Assembly: GCA_964036045.1 (NCBI GenBank)
Contig: OZ038378.1
Location: 47,554,001 to 47,618,000, forward strand
DNA from: Eutreptiella sp. 'Long Island Sound 2002'
Lineage: Eukaryota > Protista > Euglenida
Reading direction: 5' to 3'
Length of the DNA: 64,000 nucleotides
The translations under genes and the position numbers were made by a program. Below are positions 12,860 to 25,399 of the stretch, in pieces. Numbering within the stretch: the stretch's first letter is position 1; every line of letters begins with the position of its first letter. Under the pieces are notes generated by a model that made no database searches, was not told where the DNA came from, and saw only the letters and a list, made by a program, of their open reading frames with translations.

Positions 12860-12995
12860 CACGGTGCCTTAACGGTAAGTCACACCTTAACATGCGCCTT
12901 GACTTAGGTTGCCACCAAACCGTTAACGTGCACTTCAATGGTTAAGTGGTGCCTTAACAGCACCTTAACTTAAGGCGCGACTAACAGTGCCTTAT
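12860..12995 (+). repeat. Cluster of degenerate (G)CCTTAA(C) motifs upstream of the IPK exon
   Basis: GTGCCTTAAC, CACCTTAAC, GTGCCTTAAC, CACCTTAAC, CTTAAG and GTGCCTTA within ~130 bp. Confidence 0.6.
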
Positions 12996-13027
12996 GTCTA
13001 TCCTGCATGCCTGCCCCTCTACCGCAG

Positions 13028-13610
13028 GGTCTGTGGACTGAAGGTGTACAAATGCACCACTGACAGCAGCCTGTCGATCCAAAAAGAGCAGACGTCGGGG
13101 CTGAAGAAGGATGAGATGCAGGACGTGCTCCAGAACTTCTTCGACAATGGGCAGGGCCTGCGGTGCGATGTGCTGGAGACAATTCTGGTTCGGCTTCGTG
13201 GCCTTTTGAATGCGCTGCAAACACAGCGGGACTGGCACTTCATTACTAGTTCTCTGCTTCTGGTCTATGACGGCAACACCCGCCAGAGGGGCATTGCGGA
13301 CATCTGCATGATTGACTTTGCACACACGGAGCCTGTGATTGACTCCGTGGATGTGGAATACCTGTACGGCCTATCGAACCTCATTGAACTGCTGACCTGC
13401 ATTCTAGAGAAAACCCAGTACGAGCCCCCCATGACCCCCACCAAACATGACTCCCTCCCCTGCATCACTGCAGCGGCCCTGGAAAGGGTGTTTGGCCATC
13501 CCTGTATGGCCACCAGCCCACGCGTGCTGAGTCTAATGTCCCAGCCCAAGGGGGCGCTTGGGCAGTACACCGGCGTTTGTGGAGAGAGCAACTCCGGCAT
13601 CAACCCGTGA
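13028..13610 (+). CDS. Terminal exon of an inositol polyphosphate kinase (IPK/IPMK/IP6K family)
   Basis: Pyrimidine-rich acceptor ...CCCTCTACCGCAG|G at 13027/13028. The exon reads (R)VCGLKVY...FITSSLLLVYD...ICMIDFAH...YLYGLSNLIELL, matching the IPK RxCG(M/L)xVY, SSLL and IDFA(H) motifs in order. Open to TGA at 13608-13610. The upstream PxxxDxKxG exon was not found in the window. Confidence 0.85.
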
Positions 13611-13903
13611 AGGGGTTGGGTGCATGGCCGGCAGTGTGAGAGTGTACCGCTGCAGCACCCACGCTGCCACCCATACGAAAGACAGCTCTGATTGGGCTAT
13701 TCTACCCAATGCTGAGGCGTTCTGTTGGGTAGGCAACAGCGAGCCCTGAAGTTGCAGCGGGAGGCTATTTGTAGTCACAGCGGCACACAGCAGTCTGCAC
13801 ACAAAAGCGCTGTGTGTGTCACCCTCCCGGATTTCCATTGACCCCATTAGTGCAATGACCTGGGCCGACAGTGTCCAATGATGTTTTTTTTCTTGACAAT
13901 TAA

Positions 13904-14638
13904 GGGGGTGTTGCCTGAACCGTGCGCGCACCGTGCGCGCACCGTGCGCGCACCGTGCGTCCTTTTGCGTATTCTGTGTCCACCAGATCCACAATGCCTG
14001 ATTCTGAGCTGCCCTGGCTTGTCGCCGGACTGCCTGTGTACTACCACCGCTCCAACGGGGATAGGGTGTCGGCCACTGTCGTTGACCCTTCTCCAAGAGG
14101 TGGGCGTCGCGTCTCTATTCGGTACGCATTGGGTGGTGAAGAGGTCTTGTACGAGCATGCACCCCAGGAGCGGTTGGAGTTTGCAATTGTGACTGCTGAG
14201 AGCCCCGATTCCCCCCAACCTGTGCACCATGAGGCGCCGATGGACGCTTTGCTGGAGCCCCAATTACCTGAAGTGGAAGTTGAAGCCCCTAGAATTGATG
14301 ATCATGAGCCAGAATGCTGTGGCGGATGAAATTGAAATTCCTGTAACCCAACCAGTGTTGTCGCTTGTGTCGTCGCCTGTGCATGGTTTGTTACGGAGGT
14401 GCGTGCAAGGTGCAGAAAATAGGACCCTGGAACCTGTGACAAGCATCAGACTAAAAATTGAAGAATCCTGGTATGCCAGTATGGACTGCAAGGTGCAGAA
14501 ATCAGGACCCTGGGTGTGTTTCTATGGGGGCCATTCAACGGGGTACAAGTTGGGCCACCATCCCAAAAACATTGAACCGTGCGCGCACCGTGCACGCACC
14601 GTGCGCGCACCGTGCGCGCACCGTGCGACAACGCCCCC
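13904..14638. mobile_element. 735-bp MITE-like element, PIF/Harbinger-like ends (TAA duplication)
   Basis: TAA at 13901-13903 and 14639-14641. TIR GGGGGTGTTG / CAACGCCCCC (9/10). Subterminal tandem arrays of the 11-mer ACCGTGCGCGC at 13919-13959 and 14576-14627. Confidence 0.65.
13994..14329 (+). CDS. 111-aa ORF inside the MITE-like element, possible Tudor/SH3-like beta barrel plus acidic tail
   Basis: MPDSELPWLVAGLPVYYHRSNGDRVSATVVDPSPRGGRRVSIRY... is an uninterrupted ATG-to-TGA frame with an alternating beta-strand pattern. The fold call is inference only. Confidence 0.35.
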   Translation: MPDSELPWLVAGLPVYYHRSNGDRVSATVVDPSPRGGRRVSIRYALGGEEVLYEHAPQERLEFAIVTAESPDSPQPVHHEAPMDALLEPQLPEVEVEAPRIDDHEPECCGG

Positions 14639-17600
14639 TAACAGTAACCCCAGGGTCGCTTGTGGTGCAAGCCAGTTTGCAGCAACTCTGCCCTGCAGTT
14701 TGCAAAACAGAATACGCAGCAGTACGTTGCAGTATCACAAGCACAAGCGTTGGAACGACTGCCATTTGAATGAAAAATGCACTGAGGGTTAATGAATACA
14801 TTTGCATGGAACTCATTATTTCTGGTGCATCTGTGGCCCTTTTCCAGATGTCGGATCCAAAAGCGTATGGAGAGTGTCATGAGATGGCGAAAGCTACACT
14901 GGAAAGGTTTCTGATCCCGTGACCATTGTCTGCTGATTTGTCAGGACGTTTTCAGGAGAATGTGCAGCCCCCCGCCAATCGAATGGCATAGGGAACGCAT
15001 TCCAGGGCTGCCACGTTCCCAAGGCAACGCGGAGGCATGTGCAAAGTGGTGTGCTGGAGCAGTGGCCTGCCGTAATTTTCAGACTTAAGCAGAGAGAGTA
15101 GCGGGAGGGCCTCAGAAGCGTGTGTTGTAGGCGTGGGGTTGCATATGGCGCTGTGACCGTTATATGTGCTGTTTTGCTAGTGGCGGGGAACGTATTTGGG
15201 GAGCAGCACAGGCACACATGAGGCCTTGAGCAGGCACTACTTCGGACGCAGGCGCTTGTCTGGGCTGCCAAACGCTGCGGTGCCGTGATACTAATGGCTG
15301 CTGCTGTCTTTCAAGCACCCATTTGCGTAAGATGGTCACTGGAGAGGGCATACCCACTCTCTATGATGCATACCATGCTGAACTCGCTGAGGGTATGGGA
15401 ACCATGGTGCATCATTGATTTTTCTCCATCCGCCCACCCACCCACCCACCCACCTTTGCACCGGAACAGTCTGCCAAGCACAGTAACCCCATCTAACCCT
15501 TGCTTTTCTGACTGCAGTTTTGGTGGTCAAGAATGCCACATGACATTTTTGTTAGGTTGTTGTCGTGAAAAGAGGAGCTGGCCCATGCCTGTGGAAAGTG
15601 TTCTCACCACAACATTCTGCCTGAGACTATGATCCACTTCTAATAGTTCTGGTTCGTCTTTAGCCCGAACATATGGGGGTGTCGGTGGTACAACTTAGTA
15701 AAAGATTTTTTAAGATCACCTCGAAGAGAGGTTGTTAGCTCAAGCGTAGGCGCGCACGCCATACAGCCTTATGGGGGTCGTTCGCGTAGCATACCCCAAG
15801 GCATGATGCTGGATGTCTAACCCCGTGTAAAATTATTATTTTGCTCGACAAAATGATCCCCCTACGGATTTTTTCATTTCGAGCCCTCTATCCCCTTGAA
15901 ACTGGATACCACGTTTTTTTTGGGGGGGCTGAGAGCGGGGGGGGGGGGGGTCAAAAATTTTTGGGGGGATTTGGGGGGCGCACTTAGCGCAGTGTAATCA
16001 TTTGGGCATGTGGCCGTACTAGAGGCCCATACTTTGTGATCCTAGGGGGGCATCATTCTTGTTTGAGAGTATGTTTTGATACTTCTTCCACATTGGGGAT
16101 AAGGCATTTTTGGATTTTCACCTAGTTTCACCCATTTCCATTTTTTTTCACTTTTTTTTGCTCATTTCCACCACATCCACTCTTTCCTAGGTTGATTTCT
16201 CCCCACCACGGGACAGAAGACAGAGGTGATGTATCCTTGTTGTTAACCCCCCATCATGGGCGTGACACAGAGTGCTTTAGATGAAGTCTTTACCCCATGC
16301 TCTTACCTGTTCTACATGGTTCTATCCTCTCGGCTCATCCCGACCGGGCTCAGGTGTAAATACCCCCGATCTTGACCAATCCCGAGCTTGTCCAGACAGA
16401 GGGAGCCTGCTTGACTGCAGTTTTGTTTGTGTAGTGCTGGCTTCGCAGTATGCCTGTCCAAAGATGGGGACTCTGGTGCGCCACACTGTTGGGATCCTGC
16501 TGGGCAATCACTGGACTCGCCAAAAAGTCGGCATGGTTCCTGGGTGCCTATCGTCACCGGACCTCTGTCTTATCCATCGCTTGGAAACCAATTTGTTGTG
16601 TCTCTGCTGCGCTACACTCAGAGCCTTCCCGAAAAGGCATCGGCCCATGGGAAAATTGCGGATTGGGCGTCTTTGACCCCTGCAAGAATGGCAGTGATGT
16701 GGTGCATAGAGTTAGGGAGACTGGTGTTGCGTAGCCGACTGACGCTACTTGCCATAGTGATGCAGCATGTACCAACATGTACTACATACCGCATACCATG
16801 TAACACTGTCTAACGTCGAAGGCCCTTTGCAGGGGCAATAAAAAGCTCAACCTGCAATTGCCACCCCCAGATCTTTCGTCGCTGCCTAGATCGAGCCCAG
16901 CAGCTGAATCACCGCTGTGCCCAAACCTCCCATCAAAGTGACAGTCCATCAGGTGCAATAAGGAGACGCAGAGCGCTGGATTGAAGGCTGCGCCAGAACC
17001 CATTGATGCGCCAAAACATGCCCACATCCCCCCCACCCATCATCAAGATGCTTGCAGGCACGCAGTTGGCTGCATGTTCTCATGCCGGGTTTGTGTTCTC
17101 ATGTGTCCCTTGAAAGGAAAGCCGCCGCTGCCTCGAACGGCACCAGCAGCAGCAGTCCTTTTGCACCTCTGCATATTGCAGGTTTGGATTAGAGGTACCA
17201 CCACTGACCTCAGCGGTTCTTAAGGATAGAGCATTGTCTTCTGCATCTTTGTATGCCATCTGTTTGGGACCGCTTGGGTGGGTTCATACAACTGACTGTT
17301 CCGCAAACTGCGGTTGACTCGCAAAGTAGACAGCAGATGGTCAATGAACGGCAGTCGGCCCCACATTGACAGCAGTTGCTGGTGGAACGATGCCGTCCTG
17401 AGGGTTTGGCGTTGTGGTGGCCAGCCCGAGAGGCATTTGGCAATCTTGGATGCAGTGTAAATAGGTATGTCTTGACCCTTCACAATCGCCGAAGAAGGAC
17501 CAACAGCTTCACAACAAGAATGTCTCTCTCTATGCTCTACATGATGCAGTAGTGGAGTTGCAGACTGCACTGTGGCCACAAAACAGCTTATCAAATCGTT

Positions 17601-18579
17601 CCACATTAGACTGAGAGTGGGCATCATGCAGTCATACCACAGCATGACACTTTGCATCACAGCATGCTCCCTGGCTTTCCTGGGGCTGTCCACACTGTCA
17701 GTCAGCTTGGGCCCCCATGGTCCCACTTTCGTTAAAGTGCCCCTTGTCCAAGCATGGGCACCTGTGGGGGCCTGTGGCGCCTTTGTTTGCAGAATCACTG
17801 CTTTGGGCCGGAAGAATCGAGATGGATGCCAGAGAGATTCCAGAGGCCGACGACCACCCTCAGTTTCATCGGCAAGCACTGGGACCCGGTGCTACCCGTT
17901 GTTTTCTGAGCATGGTTGTTGCTGCCGCCATCCTAAAAAGATGTGAAACAGTTTGTCTCATGCAAAACCACTGGTGACAATAGCCCACTCCACACATACT
18001 TTTAGGGGTCATCTAGCATAGCTGCAATAAGTTGTAGGATACAAGTTGGCAAACCCTTCTGCAGCAACCGAGATGCAGGGCAATCAGACTTGGTCGAAGC
18101 ATTTTTCTGTTTATGCTGTTTATGTTTTTCTGTTTTGTTTTGCGGGGACCTCATTGGGTTGCCCCCAATGTAAGATCCTCTGGGCCTTCAAAGAAGTACA
18201 TTTTATTTGGGGTGTTTTGGGGACCAGTGGGACCTCACAGCAGAGCTTGCAACAACCCCTTGAGCCATTGTGCGCAAGGTCCTCGGTGTGTCCAGGTTAC
18301 TAGGGGGCGAATTCAATGACATTCAAGGCAGCCCATTGGATGTGCCCAGCCTTTGGGAGTCCCAGATAGCCTGTCAGCATCCTGCATTATGTCAGCCTGT
18401 ATCGTGCCAGGCTTGTGGGTAGTTCAACTGGGGGCGGGGTTCAGAAGTCAGGTTGAGCTTTGGTGTCTTATTCTGGCATCAAACCATTCAAACAGTGCAT
18501 CATGCATGAGCCTGAAGTGTGAATCAATCAATTGGACATTGCCGGTTGTTGCAGTCAAATTGACATTCAGGGCATCTCT

Positions 18580-18740
18580 GCAATTATTTGCAATTCTTTA
18601 CGATCATTTGCGATTGCGTGCACTTATTGACGGTTGTTTTGTGCGCTGAGTGTTCACTTTTAGGTTCGTACTGGACCTTATTTGCCATTGTTTGCACTTA
18701 TTTGCATCATTTGCAGCTGGTTGCGATTATTTGCAACTAT
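18580..18740 (+). repeat. Degenerate TTATTTGCA-type short repeats
   Basis: TTATTTGCAA, TCATTTGCGA, TTATTTGCCA, TTATTTGCAT, TCATTTGCAG and TTATTTGCAA in ~160 bp. Confidence 0.7.
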
Positions 18741-18779
18741 GTTCTCTGGCTCACGGTTCTCATTGTGCGCTGTGACAAA

Positions 18780-19420
18780 TTTGTTTGGTTCCTGAGCCGG
18801 CACGCGGTGACGACAATCCATTCCAGTCCCCCTGTTTCCACCCGAACACAGGCCCAATACTCCGCCCCTTCCAACACCACCAGCCTCCCCATATCCGCCA
18901 TGCCCACCGTATGGGTGGGAGGCACACTCTCCACCTCCAGCCACCGCTTGGCGCTCTCCTCCCACGGCTGGGGGGCATGCATCTGCTGCTGCTGCATCGC
19001 ATCTTGCACATGCTGCAGGGACACTGTCATCAGCATGGACATCCCCCCATTCGCTGCGGCCATACTCAGCAGGGCATGCTGCATGCGCGCTCCGGGCAAC
19101 CCCACGTGGTGCGGGACGTCCGCCACGTCCAAGGGCGTGCGGGGCGCCGGCAGGGCATCCAGCACCGCGGCGGGCAGCTCTCCCAGGGATGGCAGACGCG
19201 CGATGGGCCCCATGTCCCTGTTGAGGACCACCGCTGCCACCCACCGCCTGTCCAGCGTGGACAGGAGGTTGCCCGGCCTCGTCACCCTGAGAAGGGTACC
19301 GAGGGCGGACATGAGGGCGCACACGCCACAGTCCTTGTTGTTGCCGGCCGGCTGTTGCACCTGCACCGCCTGGGCCGTTGCCAGCTTGACGACACACATA
19401 CTCGGCACCAAAGTTGACGC
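18780..19420 (-). pseudogene. TE-borne Ulp1/C48-like cysteine protease fragment
   Basis: VQQPAGNNKDCGVCALM (QQ...DCG at 19357-19325) matches the Ulp1 oxyanion Gln / catalytic Cys motif. The His/Asp part upstream appears lost at unrelated sequence near 19430-19900. Confidence 0.6.
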
Positions 19421-19919
19421 TACACATACTAACACACTCCCTAAAAGGTGTGCTCTACGGGCTGCAACTCCAGAATCCATCCAGTTCGTGATGTTTTGCA
19501 TTGAATCGACGCAGGGGCGCGGGACGGCTGTTGAACCAACAACCGCTTTTTCTTTTGGCATAGTTTGCATTTTGTACAATTTTAGACCCATGATTTTTCC
19601 AATGTTCTTTTTTGTTACCTGGGGGGGGGGGGGGGGTTGGCAGGTGCGAAATTCGGAATTCCAAAATGTGGCACAGCAAAATTATACCACATTTTGCCGG
19701 TATTTCAGGACTGAAGCCACGCTCTTGCCTTTACCAGACCTATGCACATTTTTTCTTCATTACAAGGTATCGACGGTCTGAATTGTTGGGGACATCATGT
19801 TTCCACCTTGAACCTTGTTTCGTCGGTAAGTTGCAGAGAAAGCAAAAAATGAGTTGTAGAAAGACTGCATTTAGAAAGTCTCAGCTGGCGGGGGAGAGGC
19901 GTCTCCGCAGTCCTGCAGC

Positions 19920-20250
19920 CAGGGGAGTGCGCCCGGGAGATGCCGCCCTGCTCCCCCTCACCATACGGTGGCCCTAAGGACCGGTAGGTCGCGCCAGACG
20001 GCCCGAGCGATCGGGTGGCGCTAGGGCTGAAGCTTGCCGGTTCCCCATTGGAGGATAGCCACCACTACATGCGTGGTCAAGGGCTCCGCCGGCACCACGC
20101 CTTGGGGGTCCTGTAGGCCCGTCTCTTGGAAGAGGCCCATGATGGCACCCTCAGCCTTCATAATGCCCGCCGCCACCGCCTCACCGGCAGCATACCCGGG
20201 GCCACTGGTACGCCGTCCCCCCGCATCGCGCCCCGGACGTTCCAGGACAC
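19920..20250 (-). pseudogene. N-terminal part of an APE endonuclease (second non-LTR family)
   Basis: VSWNVRG (20250-20230) and, after a frameshift, IMGLFQETGL (FQET 20131-20120). These are APE motifs I and II in the right order and at a plausible spacing. Confidence 0.7.
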
Positions 20251-20280
20251 CGCCGCCCGGGGGTCGGAGGCGGGGCCCTT

Positions 20281-21723
20281 TCACGGCTGCGCCGTTGGAT
20301 CAGGGCCTTCCGCCGGATCCGGATCACTGGACGGAGGCGGACCACCCGCGCCCGGCGCAGGCGGCTGGTGAGACGGCCACTGTCCCCGTGGGTCACTGCT
20401 TGATGTGGCCGCCGTCGGCTTGGATCCAACGGATGTAGCGGTTGTTCCCGCGGCTCCGCCGCTCGACGCACTTGTCCCCGTGCTCCCCGTAGAAGACGTC
20501 GCCGCAGACCCACCCGCCCCACGCTGTGCTGTCGACTGCGACGCTCCTTGCCCCCCCGGACGGGCACTCGTGGGCATTGCAAGGGTTCTTGACCTTGCCT
20601 GGGCAGATGCGAAAGGCCCTAATTGGCCCACTGGCATAACGCCAGCCAGCATGGCCATCGCCTTGTCCCGTTGAGCCGGATCAGCCCCATGGTCCCGCTG
20701 AAGGTGGTCTAGCAGGTCCGTGGGGTGGAGGTGGGCGGGCCGGCAGCGCTTGCCGGCTCTTCACGAGCAGTGGCGAGCTCCATCCAGCCGAAACCAGGGG
20801 CAGACGTTGATCACTTTCGATCCACACTCCTCCATGGCCAGTTCGCCGCCAAAGTGCTGCAATACGTACCGAATGTTGGTATAGCTGCCGTACTGAGGTG
20901 GGGGGCTCTTCTTGGGTAGCGGTTTGGGCGCTGTCTTTGGAACCGGCTTCGCCACGGCGGCCGGGGGTGCCGCAGGCCGAACCGGTCGCACTCCTGGTGG
21001 TTGCGGCAGGTGCAGCATCCCCCCCACGAGAAACTGCTCCTCCACTCAGTGGCGCCAGGCGTCGGCGAACTTCTCCCGGACGCCCCCGACCTTCCGCCTG
21101 GACGTGGAGAACGCCCGGAGCCACCGCCCCATGTTCTTCGCCATGACCAGGCGGAGCGCATCTCCTCCACTCTGCCGGCGGAAGTGCAACGCGGCCGAGC
21201 CCACCACAGTCCCCTGGAGGTACAGCGCCGTGCCTCCGTTGTCACTCAGAGCACAAAGGTGCAGGGCCTCCAGGTCGGCGGGGCGGACCGTGAGCACCGT
21301 GCCCTCCCCGTGATCGTACATGCGCAGTGCCGAGGAGTGGGGTCCCAGCGCCACTACGACCCAGCACCACGCCCGCGACCCACTGTGCAGCAGTGCCAGC
21401 GAGGCAGGTGGCCTATTGCTGGAGGAATGCGCCGCTGGTGCCCTGGGGAGGGCCGCCGCCTGACCTCGCAGCACCTTGCACATGACAGCTGCATGCTCAG
21501 CTTGCCACATGCTGCTCCGGGCCGCAGGCCAGGCGTCCTGTCCCTGGACCTTCGGCGGTCGCGTTACCTCCACGAAGTCCGCCGGCACCTGCGGGATGTC
21601 CCATGCCGTGCACCTGTGCGCCCTGTGTACGGGGCCCAGCTCCCTGAGGCACTCCCCGAACACCCTGTAGCCGGCCGGGCCCCTGGACTTCTGCTGGACT
21701 GTGGTTGGATTCCCGCACTGCAC
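20281..21723 (-). pseudogene. Long ORF1-like/N-terminal region of the same element, one frame with internal stops
   Basis: ORFs 21046-21723, 20761-21045 and 20281-20658 share one frame, broken by single TGA stops. It contains CPWFRLDGARHC*RAGKRCRPAH (possible CCCH finger) and a low-complexity linker leading into SWNVRG. Confidence 0.55.
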
Positions 21724-23899
21724 ATCATTTGGAAAATTTGTACCACATTTTACTTTGGTATTTAAGGTTTTGTGCCAAATTTTCTCCTCACCGAATTTTG
21801 GTTTACGGAAATATGCCTATACCAATCCCCCCCCCCCCCCGATAGGTTTTGGAAACAGCCATAGTGGTGAAGCCGTGTAGTCTTCGCCTACAGCACTTCG
21901 TCGAGCGGGTGGTCGGTTCAGAGAGGTATGGGTCTAAGCCTAAGCATACCGAGCCTGAGCAAGCTGCAAACGTATTCAGCTGCCTCCACGAGCATGAGAT
22001 GGAGGGGTGCGACATTTTGTGCGCCATGTTGGATGTTGCACAAGCATTTCTGTTTACAATCCATGAAGTCGTCTTCTCCATTTTGACCCACGTTTGTTTT
22101 ACCCGTGAAGTATTTCGCAGCTATCCGCAAGGTCTCTGCACATACATTCAGATTCACCAATGTACAAGGTATATTTCAAGCCCACTTGTGGTGTACAACA
22201 AAAAAAGGTACATGTTTTCTATTTTTGTTCGCTGTTGCATACACATTATTGATCAACCATTTGATAGCTAAGTATTTGCACACATTCGTTTGCGTAGATG
22301 ATATCCCCATTTTTGTCAAATATCTCTCAGACTATGAGCAACCGTGCATAAACCTCTCAGCTTGGGGATCTTGGATTGGAATCTAGCCCGATTTCATCAA
22401 ATCCAAAGTGTACCGCTTTCGTTCATCATGGTTCTTAAGCGCTTTTTCAGAAGCCGCCCAGCAAGCAAAACACAGCTGGCGTGGAGATCACTGTTTCGGC
22501 TTCGAGGATCCCATGTTTTTACGGATGTTGGGCACAAGGCTAAGTGTGAGGTTGCGCTTTTTGCTGTTTCATAAGCCCGGGTCGCCATGCGTGGACAAGT
22601 TTTAAGGTAAAGTAGCCAATTACTGTACCAAATCAATGCTACTAAAAGTACGGGCCGCAATTAAAGCTGGCATCTGTAAATTGGTAATGTTTTAGGTCAA
22701 ATCGGGAAGATTTTGAATATTGTTGGTTCAATATGCAAAATCTGACTGGTACTGCAGAAATTGGTGCCAAACGGGGCTGCGCAGAGATCAGTGGATCGCG
22801 GTCGCGCGTGTTTCTGTGCCAGCAAAGTAGAGAGAAGATCTGATGTATTTTACGACGAAACTCAAAATAAATTAGACAGAAAGTTGTGAAATCTTTTTTT
22901 CTCTGAATCGATGTGCTCAGTTGCGTGACAGCAAAAGAATGGCACGCCAGTGGATTGCGGAGGTAACAAAAAGCAAAAATTCCACGCACACGAAGCACGC
23001 GCCAGAAGACCGCCGTCCCGAAGCCTCTATCCGAGGTCCTATACATCCCTTCACTATGGGGAACGCCGCCAGACATGGAACGCGTCGCCGCTGGCTGCCA
23101 ACCCAGATATTTGCATTTGGGACTATGGTGAAGACCACACGCCGGTGCGCAAACTTCCCTTGTAGCTTTAGTGTACGTACCCGCTGCCATGCTTGGGGAC
23201 CCTCGATGCTCGCGATGATTCACTTTAAGGAAGTGGGGAATATGGTACCTAGGACAGTCTCCAATCAATGGCGGGTGGTACCCATGTCCGGGGACTATGT
23301 CTCTTATGAAAGCAATTGTGGCTCCCACCAGCATTTGGCACTCCCGAGGCGCCGCAATCATTTGCCACCACCGGATTCTGCAAAAAGCCCACTTCTCGAT
23401 GACAGTTTTACTATTGCTTCAGTGGACGTTGCATTGGCTCTCTGCCGCGTGAATGAGGAGAACTCAAGCGGGTAAGGCAAGTGATGCCAATGAGAATGTT
23501 GAACCCAATGACACACCAAGCATGACCAGAGAGAGACAGCGGGAACCGTACCCGAGTCCGGTAAACTCAGTCTCGGAAGTCTCGGCATCACACAAAGGCC
23601 TGAGTGACAGGCAAAGCATGTGTCACACCATTCAGCTAACGAACGCAACAAGTGCATCAACACACCATCATAATGCAGGCGAAGAAGTGCAACAAAGCAA
23701 AAACACATCGACCCCTTTACAGAATTGCCCAACCTGCACTTTTGGGTAACAACTCAAGGGGTTGATCAATCGCGCACGCTTTCAACGGATCAAATAAGAA
23801 CCTCCGGGCCGCAAACCGAAGGTTGAACTTTGTAGCTGATGGTTGTACTCCCTCAACGGCGCGTTGATACGACGCAAAAAGGAAGAGATAGGCTTCTAG

Positions 23900-24560
23900 T
23901 CATTGTGCGAGGAGGCATATCCTCGCAAGCGTATGGAGACATCTACGCCTTTTCCTCGCAGATGTTCAAGCGGTGACCCGGGATCTAGTGTAGTTGCCTT
24001 GCTCGGCATAGCCATTGTCCGAAGCTGCTTCGTGTACGGTGTAGTCTCGGGTTACTAGGTCTCCCAAACGTTGGGTTCTCAGAGCCAGTGCTAGCTCAAA
24101 TGCCTTCTCTTGAGCTGAACGGGGCCCACCTTGACTCGGTACGTGGGCTGAGGCAATCCTCTAGGGCGCTTTTGCGCATTTAAACCAGCTCTTTCTATGG
24201 TAGGTACCCATAGGTAGGGTGGTAGCTGCCATACTGGGTCGCAGACCTTGAACTTTTACGACATTCACTTTGGGGCGATCTAGTCTAGCACTACATGTTG
24301 CTTTTCGAGGTCTGCGAAGTAGTCTCTTTGCGCCCAAAGAACTTTTTGCCGTCCATCGCATGTCTTTACCCGATAAGGGAAGATCTCGCCCTAGGGGATC
24401 TTTACCAAGTAGAATCTAATGAGGTGACAGTCTTCTCGGAGTAGGGATGCCGTGATGGGCTTTGAGACCTGGCGAGATCCCCTCCTATGCCGTACGACGC
24501 TTCTTTTGATGGCGAACGTTCCGCAGCTTTTAGAAAAGTTGCCGTCCCGCCCTTGACCTG
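23900..24560 (-). pseudogene. Ty3/Gypsy integrase C-terminal relic
   Basis: AGRQLF*KLRNVRH...GLKAHHGIPTPRRLSPH*ILLGKDPLGRDLPL and PMGTYHRKSWF...TYRVKVGP, colinear with the integrase at 42150-43300. Confidence 0.75.
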
Positions 24561-25399
24561 GGCACAGTTTTGACATGTCTCACTCGAACGAGTCAGCACA
24601 TTGCCTTGAACCATCCACCAGTGAGTTGATATCTACGGTCGTTGCGAATACTGCATATGATGCCGACGACCGCGCTTCAAAGGCAAGCCATCCTGACAGT
24701 TATTTCCTTGGCGAGCAACCCCTTCTAGTGTGCCGGTCCGGCGACAATCTAGCTAGTATAATGCAGCACAAAGAGGACTGTACAATCAATAACTTGTTTC
24801 CTGATGTGAAGTTGAGGCATAGAAAAAACTTGCATCGCCAAACTATTGATGGTTACGTTGGAATTAGGTTTCCGCTAGGGCTCCTCCTCGAGCATTGGAC
24901 TATTGCGGCTACAGTTTGAACACACTGTTGTGATGGATTGATACGAAACCGATCTCATTAAAGCCCAACAATTGCTTCATGGCCCGGCCCTGCTTCTACA
25001 CTCCGGGTTGGACCAGATAGTGGCTCTACGCTTCACACGTTTCCACCACTCAAGACCCCGGTACTAGCTGCTGAAGATTTCTATTAAGCTTGGCATCCCA
25101 CTAACTCCGTTGGGCCACCTCTGTCCGTCATCAAAGTCTGTTACAGCGTGGAATTCAGCCTGAAACATCTCCAAATTGACAAATTCATCGCTTTAGTTGT
25201 CTTATTTGAACAATTAGGGAAGAGATCCTCCTACTAAAGAGAGCGTCCGCAGCCGCAACGACAAAGTATTTGACATCCTCATCCTCCACAGCGCGCACCA
25301 TGTCGATCGTCTTCCCGGCCCCAACCGTCTTTACCACGTCCCATGGGCCCATACATGGTGTAAAGCAGGACAGTGCAGTGGCTATGGAGTGCAAAACAG

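Noticed and set aside
11171-12862. 563-aa minus-strand ORF and overlapping ORFs
   Set aside because: GC-rich low-complexity sequence with poly-G/C runs; stop-poor by composition, no domain.
18588-21765. Long plus-strand ORFs 18588-19781 and 21001-21765
   Set aside because: Antisense shadows of the minus-strand TE frames that carry the real motifs.
22400-23800. ORFs 22642-23361 and 22921-23475
   Set aside because: No motif or splice support; likely unidentified TE remnant.
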